From an uncultured Verrucomicrobiae bacterium (GTDB taxonomy: Bacteria > Verrucomicrobiota > Verrucomicrobiia > Chthoniobacterales > UBA10450), in NCBI GenBank assembly GCA_963815455.1, contig CAWFGO010000002.1:352001-416000 (forward strand): DNA of 64,000 nucleotides, written 5' to 3'. Position numbers and translations under genes: made by a program. This document shows positions 47,878 to 59,513 of this stretch, piece by piece. Position 1 is the first letter of the stretch, and each line of letters opens with the position of its first letter. The notes beneath the pieces were generated by a model. It was not told the origin of the DNA, ran no database searches, and saw nothing but the letters and a program-made list of their open reading frames with translations.

Positions 47878-49083
47878 CTACGAGTAGAGATACTCGTCGT
47901 GATATTCGCGTTGGGGCGCGAACTGGACGTTTTCGTTTCCGGTCTCGGGATACTCGAAGATTTTTCCTTCGTAGTTTCGGATCACGATTTTTTCGTGGTC
48001 GTGATACAGGACGTAGCCGGGATTGATCGGAACTTTGCCGCCGCCGCCGGGGGCGTCGATGACAAACTGAGGCACGCCGTAACCGGTGGTGTGTCCGCGC
48101 AGGCCTTCGATGATCTCGATTCCTTTGGCGACGGAGGTGCGGAGGTGCGACGAGCCGTTGATCAGGTCGCACTGATAGACGTAGTACGGACGCACCCGGC
48201 ACATGAGCAGTTTGTGCACGAGCGTTTTCATCGTTTCGAGATCGTCGTTCACTCCGGCGAGCAACACGCTTTGGTTCCCAAGCGGAACACCGGCGTTAGC
48301 CAGACGTTCGAGCGCTTCTTTTACTTCAATCGTCAGCTCGCGCGGATGATTTACATGCACGCTCATCCAGAGCGGGTGATGCTTGGCCAGAATCGCACAG
48401 AGTTCCGGCGTGATCCGTTGCGGAAGAAAAATCGGGACTCGGGTGCCGATGCGGAGAAATTCGATGTGCGGGATCGAGCGCAGTCGGGTAAGCAACTTGT
48501 CGATCTTGTCGTCACTGAAAATCAGGGCGTCGCCGCCGCTCAACAGGACGTCGCGAATTTCGGTGTGTTGTTCGAGATAACGAAACGCTTCCTCGAAATC
48601 GGTGTGCAATTCCTGTTCGCCGACGCCGCTGACAACGCGGCTGCGCGTGCAATACCGGCAATAGCTTGCGCAGCGATCGGTCACCAGAAACAGAACGCGA
48701 TCGGGATAGCGATGCACCAATCCCGGCACCGGCATGTGCGAATCTTCGCCGCACGGATCGGCCATGTCGTATGGCGACGCCCAGGTCTCTTCGATTCGGG
48801 GGATAACCTGCCGTCGGATCGGATCGTCCGGATTATCCCGGGGAATCAGATTGAAAAAATGCGGCGTGACCGCGAGCGCGAGTTTGTCGCCCGAAAGCAG
48901 TACGCCGCTGCGTTCTTCGTCGCTGAGATGGAGATGCTGCTCGAGCTGGGCCAGCGTGGTGACGCGGTTCTTAAGCTGCCATTTCCAATCGTTCCAGAGT
49001 TCCGGCGCGACCTCCGGCCAGTAACCCGGCGCATGCGAGACGAACTCCTTGCCGTTGCCTTTCCCTGCTGCAGAAATGTCCAT
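47878..49083 (-). CDS. kamA: KamA-family radical SAM lysine 2,3-aminomutase
   Basis: 'HRYPDR', 'CASYCRYCTR', 'LLSGGD' and 'DAPGGGGKVP'. Confidence 0.85.
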   Translation of the reverse strand: MDISAAGKGNGKEFVSHAPGYWPEVAPELWNDWKWQLKNRVTTLAQLEQHLHLSDEERSGVLLSGDKLALAVTPHFFNLIPRDNPDDPIRRQVIPRIEETWASPYDMADPCGEDSHMPVPGLVHRYPDRVLFLVTDRCASYCRYCTRSRVVSGVGEQELHTDFEEAFRYLEQHTEIRDVLLSGGDALIFSDDKIDKLLTRLRSIPHIEFLRIGTRVPIFLPQRITPELCAILAKHHPLWMSVHVNHPRELTIEVKEALERLANAGVPLGNQSVLLAGVNDDLETMKTLVHKLLMCRVRPYYVYQCDLINGSSHLRTSVAKGIEIIEGLRGHTTGYGVPQFVIDAPGGGGKVPINPGYVLYHDHEKIVIRNYEGKIFEYPETGNENVQFAPQREYHDEYLYS

Positions 49084-49219
49084 TTTTAGTTGAGGACAAA
49101 AACGCTAAGGCGATTAGAAATCGTGTCAACGTGGGCACCGAAAAGTGCGCGGCGCACATGCAGGAAAGATTGCGCCTTCGGCGATTACGTCAGCATCGCG
49201 CTCGGAGATCGCGATCCAC

Positions 49220-50716
49220 CTATTTGACGCTTACCAGCGTTCCAACCGGGATTTCGGCGAAGAATTTGCGGGCGGCGTCGCCGGGCAGGCGAATGCAACC
49301 GTGAGAAGCGGGATAGTTCGGCACGTAGCCTTCGTGCATTCCGAAATCGAGGCAGCTCAGACGCATGAAGTACGGCATCTCCACCTTGTAAATGGTGGAG
49401 ACGTGGTAACGATCTTTGTCAGTGATGACGTAATCTCCGGCGCGCGTGGCGTAGCGACCGCCTCGTCCGGTCGAGCAGGTGGTGTTAAAAATTGGGACGC
49501 CGTCCTTGATCAGCGCAACTTTTTGAGAGGCGAGCGAAATCTCAATGCGCAGCTGTTCGGGTGATGGACCGCTTCCCAGCAAAATTTGCGCGGAGCGCCA
49601 GTAGCCGCTTTGCGCCGCCAGATAAAGCGGCCGCATTTTGTAGCGGGACGAAGCGCGATTGCGATCCGCCCCGGCATCGAGCAAGGCGCGGACGTAATCG
49701 GCCTTGCCCAGCCCGGCTGCAAGCATCAGCACAGTGACATCTTTATCGCCCTCGATATAGTTTCGCAGATATTTGGACTTGAGTAGGTCCAGAAAATTCT
49801 TGTCGCAGCGCGATGGCAAAACCGTATTCGGATCGGCGCCACAAACCAAAAGCGTCTCGAACAGCGAGGCCTCTTCCGCAGCAATGGCGTGAGCCAGCAG
49901 TGGCACGTTACTATTTTCCGGCGTCGGCGGGACGGCGTGTTTTTTGAGCAGCAGGCGAACCTGGTCGTTGTCACCAGTCGCCAGCGATTTCTCCAAGATG
50001 CGCCGCGCCCCCGGCGACCATTCCTGGAGCGACGGAGTGCGCTCTAAGAGAGCATTGGCGATCTTCAGGTCGCCGCTTTCGAGCGCCGTTGCCAGAAGAT
50101 CGCTGCCATGCCTTCCCAAATCGGGAACGAATGGCAAAAGAAAATCAACCGCGTCGGTTTTTCGGGCGTCGATGGCATAATGGAGGGCAGAGCGGCCGCT
50201 TCGGTCGGTCATATCCACACTCGTTACGATCCCGACCAGCTCGCGGAGGATGTCGATCCTGCCCTGCATCGCCGCGGCCATCAACGGCGTTACTCCATTT
50301 TCATCGGCAAGATCGGGACACGCGCCGGCTTGAATCAATTTCCGAAAAGTTCCCCAATCCTGCTCTAAAGCCGCGGCTACAAGGAGCGGGCGATCCTGGG
50401 CCGCCCGGGCGTTTGGATTCATGTGCTCGCGGAGATACAGATCGATGAGCGATGTCCGATGCGTGGCGACGGCCCGGACAAATTCGTCGGGTGAGATTAC
50501 GCTGCGGACCCGAGGTTGCGGGCCGATCCTTGTGCTCCCAAACAAGGCCAGAAGCGATACCGCGCCAACGAGGATGGCTCCACGATAAAAGCGGTAGAAC
50601 CGATGGCCAGGCTGCGCGTTCTCGCGGCGCCAATCCAGCCAGGATCGCGACCAAGCCGCCACCAGCCCGAGCGTGCTCGCGCTTGTCCATCCCGCTGGAA
50701 TTTTGATTGCGCGCAT
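49220..50716 (-). CDS. Ankyrin-repeat L,D-transpeptidase (YkuD) family protein
   Basis: Ankyrin repeats ('GVTPLMAAA', 'GRSALHYA', 'TVLMLAA') then 'MHEG...ASHGCIRL'. Confidence 0.85.
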   Translation of the reverse strand: MRAIKIPAGWTSASTLGLVAAWSRSWLDWRRENAQPGHRFYRFYRGAILVGAVSLLALFGSTRIGPQPRVRSVISPDEFVRAVATHRTSLIDLYLREHMNPNARAAQDRPLLVAAALEQDWGTFRKLIQAGACPDLADENGVTPLMAAAMQGRIDILRELVGIVTSVDMTDRSGRSALHYAIDARKTDAVDFLLPFVPDLGRHGSDLLATALESGDLKIANALLERTPSLQEWSPGARRILEKSLATGDNDQVRLLLKKHAVPPTPENSNVPLLAHAIAAEEASLFETLLVCGADPNTVLPSRCDKNFLDLLKSKYLRNYIEGDKDVTVLMLAAGLGKADYVRALLDAGADRNRASSRYKMRPLYLAAQSGYWRSAQILLGSGPSPEQLRIEISLASQKVALIKDGVPIFNTTCSTGRGGRYATRAGDYVITDKDRYHVSTIYKVEMPYFMRLSCLDFGMHEGYVPNYPASHGCIRLPGDAARKFFAEIPVGTLVSVK

Positions 50717-50877
50717 ACCCTTAACGCTAGATTAGCAGAAGGATACACAAACAGGCAAAGTTTACGAGCGAAAATAGCCTATCCGCGACGCAGAAAGGCG
50801 GTTACGACAGCGCAGTTGGCAACGTTGGACAGGCGGGGTTGAACGTAGCACGTTGATTGCTGTCGAAGTTCCAACTC

Positions 50878-52350
50878 ATGCGTTTATTCTCAATCTTAGT
50901 TTCGTTCATCGCCGCAGCCAGCTTGTCGGGCTTTGCCGCGTCTCCTGAAATCGCGCCGACACCGGCCATTCCCGCCGCAGCCGCCGAAGCTGGGAAGGAT
51001 GTCGTGCATCAACTCAACAACGCTTTTGCCAAGGTATTCGAAATCGTCGCCCCGAGCGTCGTGATCATCGAGGTCTCGAAGGCGAACGACGGCAGCGAAG
51101 CTTCGCCGTTTGACGATCTCTTTTTTCCCGGGTCGCCCGACGACAACAACCAGCGAAGGAATCAACGGGGACCACAGCCGATCCAAAGCGAAGGCTCGGG
51201 CTTCATCGTCCGCCAGGATGGTTACATTTTCACGAATTTTCATGTGGTCGAAGGCGCGGATAAGATCGAGGTGAAATTGAAGGATGGCCGCTCGCTGCCC
51301 GGAAAGATCATCGGCACTGATGAGAAGACCGACATCGCCGTGATCAAAGTCGAGGCCAAAGATTTGCCGGTCGTGCAAATGGGCGACAGCGATGCCGTGC
51401 GCGTAGGGCAGTTTGCCTTCGCCATCGGCGCGCCCTTTAAGCTCGATTACACGTTCACCTACGGAGTGATCAGCGGCAAAGGCCGGAGCAAATTGATTTC
51501 GACCGGCGGCTATTCCATTTCCGATTACATCCAGACCGACGCCTCGATCAATCCCGGCAACAGCGGCGGCCCGCTCTGCGACATCGACGGCAAAGTGATC
51601 GGCATGAACACGCTCATCAACGGTCTCAATCGCGGGCTCGGCTTCGCGATCCCGAGCAACATGGCCAAGGAAATCGGCGCGGAGTTGATGGCCGGTCGCA
51701 AGATTGTGCGCCCCTGGCTGGGGATCCGCATCGAAACGCTCGGTGACGACCCTTCCATCCGCGAATTATTCAAAGGCGCCGACAAAGGCGTGATTGTGCG
51801 CACCATCGAAGCCGACGCGCCGGCGACCAAAAGCGACCTTCGACCGTTTGATGTGATCATGGATGTCGATGGTAAACCGGTCATGACCGACTCCGAGTTG
51901 CAGCATGAGATTTTGAAAAAGAAAGTCGGCCAAAAAATCGAGCTAACGGTTTGGCGAAAAGGCCAGACCATCAAGATCCCGGTGAAGACAGGCGAATTGC
52001 CGGACGAAATCACGCGCGCTTCCAACCAACCGGCCCAACCGGAAAAACCGAAGCCCGAGGATTTGGGCAAGTTTGGATTACAGGTCCAGGACCTGACCAA
52101 GGAAGTGGCCGAACGTCTGCATCTCGATGTTCAGCAGGGCGTGATCGTTACCGACGTGGCCGACGACAGCATCGCGGCGCGGCAGGATATCCAGCGGCAG
52201 GATGTCATCACCGAAGTGGACGGCAAACCGATAACTGATGTGGCCAGTTTTCGCGCCGCTCTCAACAAAGCCGATCCCAAACGCGGCGTTCTTCTCTACC
52301 TCGACCGTAAAGGCAGTAAGACTTTCGCCGTTCTGAGGGCGGGCGGCTAA
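50878..52350 (+). CDS. htrA: HtrA/DegP serine protease with two PDZ domains
   Basis: 'GSGFI', 'TNFHVV', 'DIAVIK' and 'INPGNSGGPL'. Confidence 0.93.
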   Translation: MRLFSILVSFIAAASLSGFAASPEIAPTPAIPAAAAEAGKDVVHQLNNAFAKVFEIVAPSVVIIEVSKANDGSEASPFDDLFFPGSPDDNNQRRNQRGPQPIQSEGSGFIVRQDGYIFTNFHVVEGADKIEVKLKDGRSLPGKIIGTDEKTDIAVIKVEAKDLPVVQMGDSDAVRVGQFAFAIGAPFKLDYTFTYGVISGKGRSKLISTGGYSISDYIQTDASINPGNSGGPLCDIDGKVIGMNTLINGLNRGLGFAIPSNMAKEIGAELMAGRKIVRPWLGIRIETLGDDPSIRELFKGADKGVIVRTIEADAPATKSDLRPFDVIMDVDGKPVMTDSELQHEILKKKVGQKIELTVWRKGQTIKIPVKTGELPDEITRASNQPAQPEKPKPEDLGKFGLQVQDLTKEVAERLHLDVQQGVIVTDVADDSIAARQDIQRQDVITEVDGKPITDVASFRAALNKADPKRGVLLYLDRKGSKTFAVLRAGG

Positions 52351-52568
52351 CTTTTCCGACTGCCGATTGCCACGAGGGCAATTCCGCCAACCAGGCAAAT
52401 TCCGCTCACGATGGGTGGGACGGAAAAACCGTGGTCCTCATGGTGTTTGATCTCCAAAGGACCGATCTGCGCGTCTTTCTTTTCTGTCGTCCAGCCGATT
52501 CCGCCGTAAGCGAATCCGATGATACCGACGATAATGAGAATGATCCCGACGATTCCGGTTGGTTTCAT
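52347..52568 (-). CDS. Small two-TM membrane protein (DUF3185-like)
   Basis: 'IVGIILIIVGIIGFAYGG...QIGPLEI...PPIVSGICLVGG'. Confidence 0.7.
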   Translation of the reverse strand: MKPTGIVGIILIIVGIIGFAYGGIGWTTEKKDAQIGPLEIKHHEDHGFSVPPIVSGICLVGGIALVAIGSRKS

Positions 52569-52578
52569 GAGCGCGATG

Positions 52579-52728
52579 CTAAAGCGGACGCCGGCCCTGG
52601 ATCAAATTGATAATGAGCACCACCAGCGCGATCACCAGCAGCAGGTGGATGAAACCGCCCAGCGTGTAAGAGGTGACTAAGCCAAGAAGCCAAAGCACCA
52701 ACAGAATGACGAAGATAGTCCAAAGCAT
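52579..52728 (-). CDS. lmo0937-family small membrane protein (49 aa, below the ORF-track cutoff)
   Basis: Hand translation: MLWTIFVILLVLWLLGLVTSYTLGGFIHLLLVIALVVLIINLIQGRRPL. Confidence 0.85.
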   Translation of the reverse strand: MLWTIFVILLVLWLLGLVTSYTLGGFIHLLLVIALVVLIINLIQGRRPL

Positions 52729-52887
52729 AGATGTTCCCTTTCGGTTAAGTATTTAAGCAAGTTACAATTACTTCGCGGTGGGCCGCCCGACTGCGCTTGT
52801 TTAAGCGCAGAATTTTTGCGGACCTTTCGCATCCTGTAATGCCCGCGGGTAGTCCGTCAAAACAAAACCACCGGCTCAATCGTCGAA

Positions 52888-54699
52888 TTACTGACTCGAG
52901 GCCGCAATCTTGTCGACAACAGCGCGCAAATTCCAGCCGTTCGCTTCGAGTTGTTGGCGGGCGGAATCATGATCGCATTCGGCCAGTTCGGCGACCATTC
53001 GCACGGCGCGATCGCGCAACTTTGCGCTCGATGTGTGCAGGTCGATCATCAGATTGCCGCGCACCTTGCCCATCAATACCATCGCCCCGGTGCTGATGAT
53101 GTTCAGCGCAACTTTCGTAGCCGTGCCGGCCTTCAATCGTGTCGATCCGGTGAGAATCTCCGGTCCAACCGCCAGATCGATCGCCAGATCGACAGCTGGT
53201 GTAGAGGCGGCCGTGCCGGCCGCGGTCCCAGTTTTTGCGGGCGACACGCCCGCCACTACATCGCGAACCGGATTGCACCTTAGCAAACCGGTCTTCGCTC
53301 CCAACGATTTTGCCCGGGCCAGCGCCCCGAGCACAAACGGCGTCCTTCCGCTCGCCGTAATCCCGATAACAAGATCGACATCCTTGATCCCGCGCTCGTC
53401 AATCGCCAACGCACCAATGCTTTCCTCATCTTCCGCGCCCTCGACGCTGCGGTGAAGCGCCGTAACGCCGCCGGCAATGATTCCCTGCACCAGCTCCGGC
53501 GCGGCGCCGAACGTGGGTGGAATTTCGCTCGCGTCGAGGACTCCGATTCGGCCGCTGCTGCCCGCTCCGACGTAAAACAGGCGGCCGCCGTTGCGCAAAG
53601 ATTTCGCCGCCAGCTCGATCGCCTTGGCAAGATCGACAGTCGCTCCGCGCAACGCTTCCTGGACAAATTTTTCTTCCTCGACAAAAAGCTCAACCAACGC
53701 GCGCGCATCCATCTTCTCCAGATTTTCCGAGCGCGGATTGCGTTGCTCGGTCAGCGCAGCGGCCAAATCGTCGATCTTCCCGAGCGCCGGTTCCGCTCGG
53801 ACACGGCTGAATTCCTCCATCTCCGAGGCGAGCCAGGCCGCGCCGAGCTCTGGCGCACGCTCTGCGGTTGCCACCCGGGCATCTGGGAGATTCTTTTTCA
53901 AACGCCGGCGAAAGGCATGGTTGTAAATCGAGTCGCGATGAAAAAGGCCGCCCATCAACACGACCTTCGGGGCGAGGAGATGAAGACGAGTGGCCACCGC
54001 CTCGGTGTATTCGCACAGGACCCTCGCGCCCTCTTCGATAATCTCCATCACAGCCGCGTCACCGGCTCCAGCCGCTTCGAAGACCACCGGCGCCAGCATT
54101 GCCACTTCCATCTTGTCAGCCGTTTGGGCCCAACGGACGAGTTCGTCGAGCGTGTTCAATGAGAGCGCATGAAGGATCTTCGCGGTAAACTGCACTTCGC
54201 CGCGATGCAGATCGTATTCGCGCAAAATGAGACGAAGCGCCTGGATGACGAGAAAGTAACCGCCGCCGGCGTCACCGAGAATGTGTCCCCACCCGCCGGC
54301 CTTCTCGATCTTGTCGCCCCGCCGGCCAGTGACCGACGAACCGCTCCCGGCATTGACCACGATCCCCTCGCCGCGTCCGAGCGCTGCGGCCAGACCGGAA
54401 TCGCGATCGCTGCCAGTCACGACTTTCACACCTGGCCAAATCTCCCCACAAATGCGGGCGAGCGATTGCCGATCCTCGTCCGTGCTGCAACCGGCCAGGA
54501 AAACGCCCGCGCGATCGATCTGCTTCGGCAGTTCGGAAAAAATCGCGCGCAGACGATCCGGCGTGGTCAGACGCAAATTCGCCGGCGGCAGTTTCCCTTG
54601 ATCGACAACGCGAAGCTCATCGCCGTCGCGTTCGACTAGCACCCAGGCGGTCTTGGTGCCGCCGCCTTCGACCCCGAGAATGCGCTCGCCGGGTTTCAC
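52888..54699 (-). CDS. murQ: BadF/BadG-type amino-sugar kinase fused to N-acetylmuramic acid 6-phosphate etherase
   Basis: N-terminal 'GVEGGGTKT', 'AGGWGHILGD'; C-terminal 'TEQRNPRS', 'GAGSSGRIGVLDASE.PPTFG' and 'GPEILTGSTRLKAGTATK'. Confidence 0.9.
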   Translation of the reverse strand: MKPGERILGVEGGGTKTAWVLVERDGDELRVVDQGKLPPANLRLTTPDRLRAIFSELPKQIDRAGVFLAGCSTDEDRQSLARICGEIWPGVKVVTGSDRDSGLAAALGRGEGIVVNAGSGSSVTGRRGDKIEKAGGWGHILGDAGGGYFLVIQALRLILREYDLHRGEVQFTAKILHALSLNTLDELVRWAQTADKMEVAMLAPVVFEAAGAGDAAVMEIIEEGARVLCEYTEAVATRLHLLAPKVVLMGGLFHRDSIYNHAFRRRLKKNLPDARVATAERAPELGAAWLASEMEEFSRVRAEPALGKIDDLAAALTEQRNPRSENLEKMDARALVELFVEEEKFVQEALRGATVDLAKAIELAAKSLRNGGRLFYVGAGSSGRIGVLDASEIPPTFGAAPELVQGIIAGGVTALHRSVEGAEDEESIGALAIDERGIKDVDLVIGITASGRTPFVLGALARAKSLGAKTGLLRCNPVRDVVAGVSPAKTGTAAGTAASTPAVDLAIDLAVGPEILTGSTRLKAGTATKVALNIISTGAMVLMGKVRGNLMIDLHTSSAKLRDRAVRMVAELAECDHDSARQQLEANGWNLRAVVDKIAASSQ

Positions 54700-54758
54700 G
54701 CTTGTTATGCTTAATCGAGTTCCGGCAATTTGAAAGCCCAAGCACGCAATTCTCTCTC

Positions 54759-57110
<2,352 letters not shown>

Positions 57111-57153
57111 GCGGCAAGTGCGACCCCGAAAGCATTCGGGGCCGCTACAATTC

Positions 57154-58151
57154 TTACTTCTGCGGCGCAGGCATGCTCAAAGGAATGCTGCGATTTGATT
57201 CAAGGGTCGCCGACATCGGAAGCTTTTTGCTTACCGGGTGAATCTCAGCCTGAATGTTGACGGTCAATTCCTTGCCATCACGCACGACGGTAATTGGGAC
57301 AGTGTCGCCGGCGGTGATGAAGAAGGAAGCATCCAGGATGTCTTCCGCCTCGCGCACTTTTGTTCGTCCCACCTGCAACAAGATATCGCCAGATTTCAGG
57401 CCGGCCTCGGCTGCGGGCGAATCCAAAATGTCTGTGATCTCTGCCCGCGAACCTTCCGACCGCGGTCTTTGGCTTCGGTCACGTTCGCGCCTACCCAACC
57501 ATGCCGGACCTCGCCGAAGCGCAGGAAATCGCTGCGAATTTTCTCGGCCGCGCCGATGGGCAACGCGTAACAGGAAGAATTTTCCAAACTGCTGACCAGG
57601 ATTCCCACAACTTCACCTCTCAAGTTCAAGAGCGGCGCGCCGGATTCTCCGCGCTGGGTGGGCAAATTGACGCGGAGATGCGTCGTTGAAAAATAGCGTC
57701 CGAGATATTTGCGATCGAACCCGGCAATCATGCCGAAGCTCGGTGTTTTCGGCAGATCGAGCGGGTAGCCGATGGTGACAACCGGCGTAGCAACTTCCAG
57801 CTGGTCCGAGTTCCCGATCGGCAGAGAAGGCGTCACCAGATCGATTTTCAACATGGCTATTCCGCTGCGGACATCAGCTACGAGCTGGCGGGCCGGATAT
57901 TCCTTGCCGTTAAATTGGACCTTGAAATTCTCTGCTTCACCGCCAACGGCGAAGCAGGTGTAAAGGGTTCCGGTTGGATCGACAAAAAATCCGGTGCCGT
58001 AGATGTCGCTGTGCTCGTCGACGCCATGGATTTTCACCACCGCCTTGGCTGAACGCTCGAACACGTCCTTGACCTCGCGACTAATCGAGGTGGCCGATTG
58101 TTCCTGGGCAAAAAGCAAACTGGCCCCGGTGAAGAAAACCAATGCTGTCAT
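57154..58151 (-). CDS. S1C trypsin-like serine protease with PDZ domain (frameshift near 57470; alternative start 58316)
   Basis: 'GTGFFV', 'IGYPL' and 'GESGAPLLN'; PDZ 'DSPAAEAGLKSGD' in the next frame. Confidence 0.8.
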
Positions 58152-58276
58152 TCCGATTCCGCAGCCGCGGGAGAGGAATCCGGGACTCACACGGGGGCCG
58201 CTCGGACCACAACCCGCGCCGGTATCAAGAAAGCACGTCGCGAGATCGGGAGATCCTTCGCTCCGCTCAGGATGAC
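58146..58276. repeat. TGTCAT...ATGAC REP-like element at the protease 5' end
   Basis: tgtcattccg ... gagatccttcgctccgctcaggatgac. Confidence 0.7.
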
Positions 58277-58296
58277 GTCGCGCAACGGCGCCGTTC

Positions 58297-58794
58297 CTAG
58301 AATCGGATCGACTCATAACTCACAGGAACGCTGTCGAGCACGTAGCGCGGAGGCGTTCCGCCGTTGCGGAAGTGAGTATGGGCGCTCTTATTGGATCTGC
58401 CGAGTGGCTGCGTAGTAAAGACCCGCGTTGCTGCCACTGGGGATGCAAGCGTCCATTCTCCGTCCGCATTCACCGCTTCGGATAAGGCCGGGCGGCTCTG
58501 CAGAGCGACATTGGCGGGGTCGGGTTGCTGATAAATCTTTAAGGATATGACCGCGGCACAGACTAAAACCGCGGCCGCGACGGCCGGATAAGAAGTCAGC
58601 GACGGCACATTTAGCCGGAACATGAAATCTTGCGCACGTTCGAGGCAGATCCGCCAAAGTGGTTGCCGCAACAACTCGTCGCGCTGCCGGCGATGGAATT
58701 CGTGCAGGAAATCTTCGAAGTAGCCCGGGGGCGGTTGCTCGTAGCGCTTCAGCCGAAGCAGCTTTCCAATTTCGTTGTCGTCAAATTCTTCCAT
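58297..58794 (-). CDS. Putative single-TM anti-sigma factor
   Basis: Directly downstream of the ECF sigma; 'LLRLKRYEQPPPGYFEDFL.EF' N-terminus and one TM. Confidence 0.6.
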   Translation of the reverse strand: MEEFDDNEIGKLLRLKRYEQPPPGYFEDFLHEFHRRQRDELLRQPLWRICLERAQDFMFRLNVPSLTSYPAVAAAVLVCAAVISLKIYQQPDPANVALQSRPALSEAVNADGEWTLASPVAATRVFTTQPLGRSNKSAHTHFRNGGTPPRYVLDSVPVSYESIRF

Positions 58795-58805
58795 CTCAGC
58801 GGGCC

Positions 58806-59492
58806 CTAAGAAACCGGGTTTTTCCTGAATTCGTCCAGATAATTTTGCAGCTGCCGGTTCGCGTAAAACAGCCTGGAACGTACCGTCCCCTCCGAAACAC
58901 GCAAGATCTTACTGATCTCTGCGTGGGGCATCCCTTGAATGTGAAACATGGTGACCACGGCTCTGTGTTCATCTGACAACTTCATCATGGCCTCGTTCAA
59001 CCTTTTCTGCAGTTCCGAGAGGTCGGCTTCCCGCACCGGGCTGCTGCTGGCCGTCACCTCGAGGAACTCTTTGTCGTTTTGGACGTTGGAATCGACATCG
59101 TCCAGGCTCAGATGGAAACGCCGGCCGCGTTTCTTGAGGAAGTTCAACGTCATATTGACCGCAATGGAATGGATCCAGGTATAAAAGGTCGATTTCCCCT
59201 GGAAACCGCGGATCGCCTTGTAAGCCTTGGCAAACACGTCCTGCAACAGGTCGTTGGTGTCCTCGTGGTTCGAGGTCATGTTGTAAACCAGGCCGTAAAG
59301 GCGCGGCGTGTACTTGACCACCAATTGGTCGAACGCGGCGGGATCGCCCGCCTGCGCTCCCGCTACCAACTGCTGATCTTCGTCGGTTCTGGGCTGATCC
59401 ATCGCGTGGCGTCTAGACTTAACACGCGATCCGAGACCGGACGACAACAAATCGGAAATCCGTCGAGCAGGTAAGGCGAGCGCTGGATTCAT
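58806..59492 (-). CDS. ECF RNA polymerase sigma factor (RpoE-like)
   Basis: 'DLLQDVFAKAY', 'STFYTWIHSIAVN' and 'GTVRSRLFYA'. Confidence 0.92.
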   Translation of the reverse strand: MNPALALPARRISDLLSSGLGSRVKSRRHAMDQPRTDEDQQLVAGAQAGDPAAFDQLVVKYTPRLYGLVYNMTSNHEDTNDLLQDVFAKAYKAIRGFQGKSTFYTWIHSIAVNMTLNFLKKRGRRFHLSLDDVDSNVQNDKEFLEVTASSSPVREADLSELQKRLNEAMMKLSDEHRAVVTMFHIQGMPHAEISKILRVSEGTVRSRLFYANRQLQNYLDEFRKNPVS

Positions 59493-59513
59493 CTTTTTCA
59501 ACGGCCCTCGCGG

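Noticed and set aside
47878..49083. KamA as EpmB or part of a RiPP/secondary-metabolite cluster
   Set aside because: Length and motifs fit the KamA type, and no efp/epmA, precursor peptide or tailoring genes are adjacent.
47794..49089. Long antisense or alternate-frame ORFs (e.g. 47794-49089, 23171-24163, 39516-40535, 9652-10713)
   Set aside because: They shadow well-supported genes in high-GC DNA and have no recognisable motifs.
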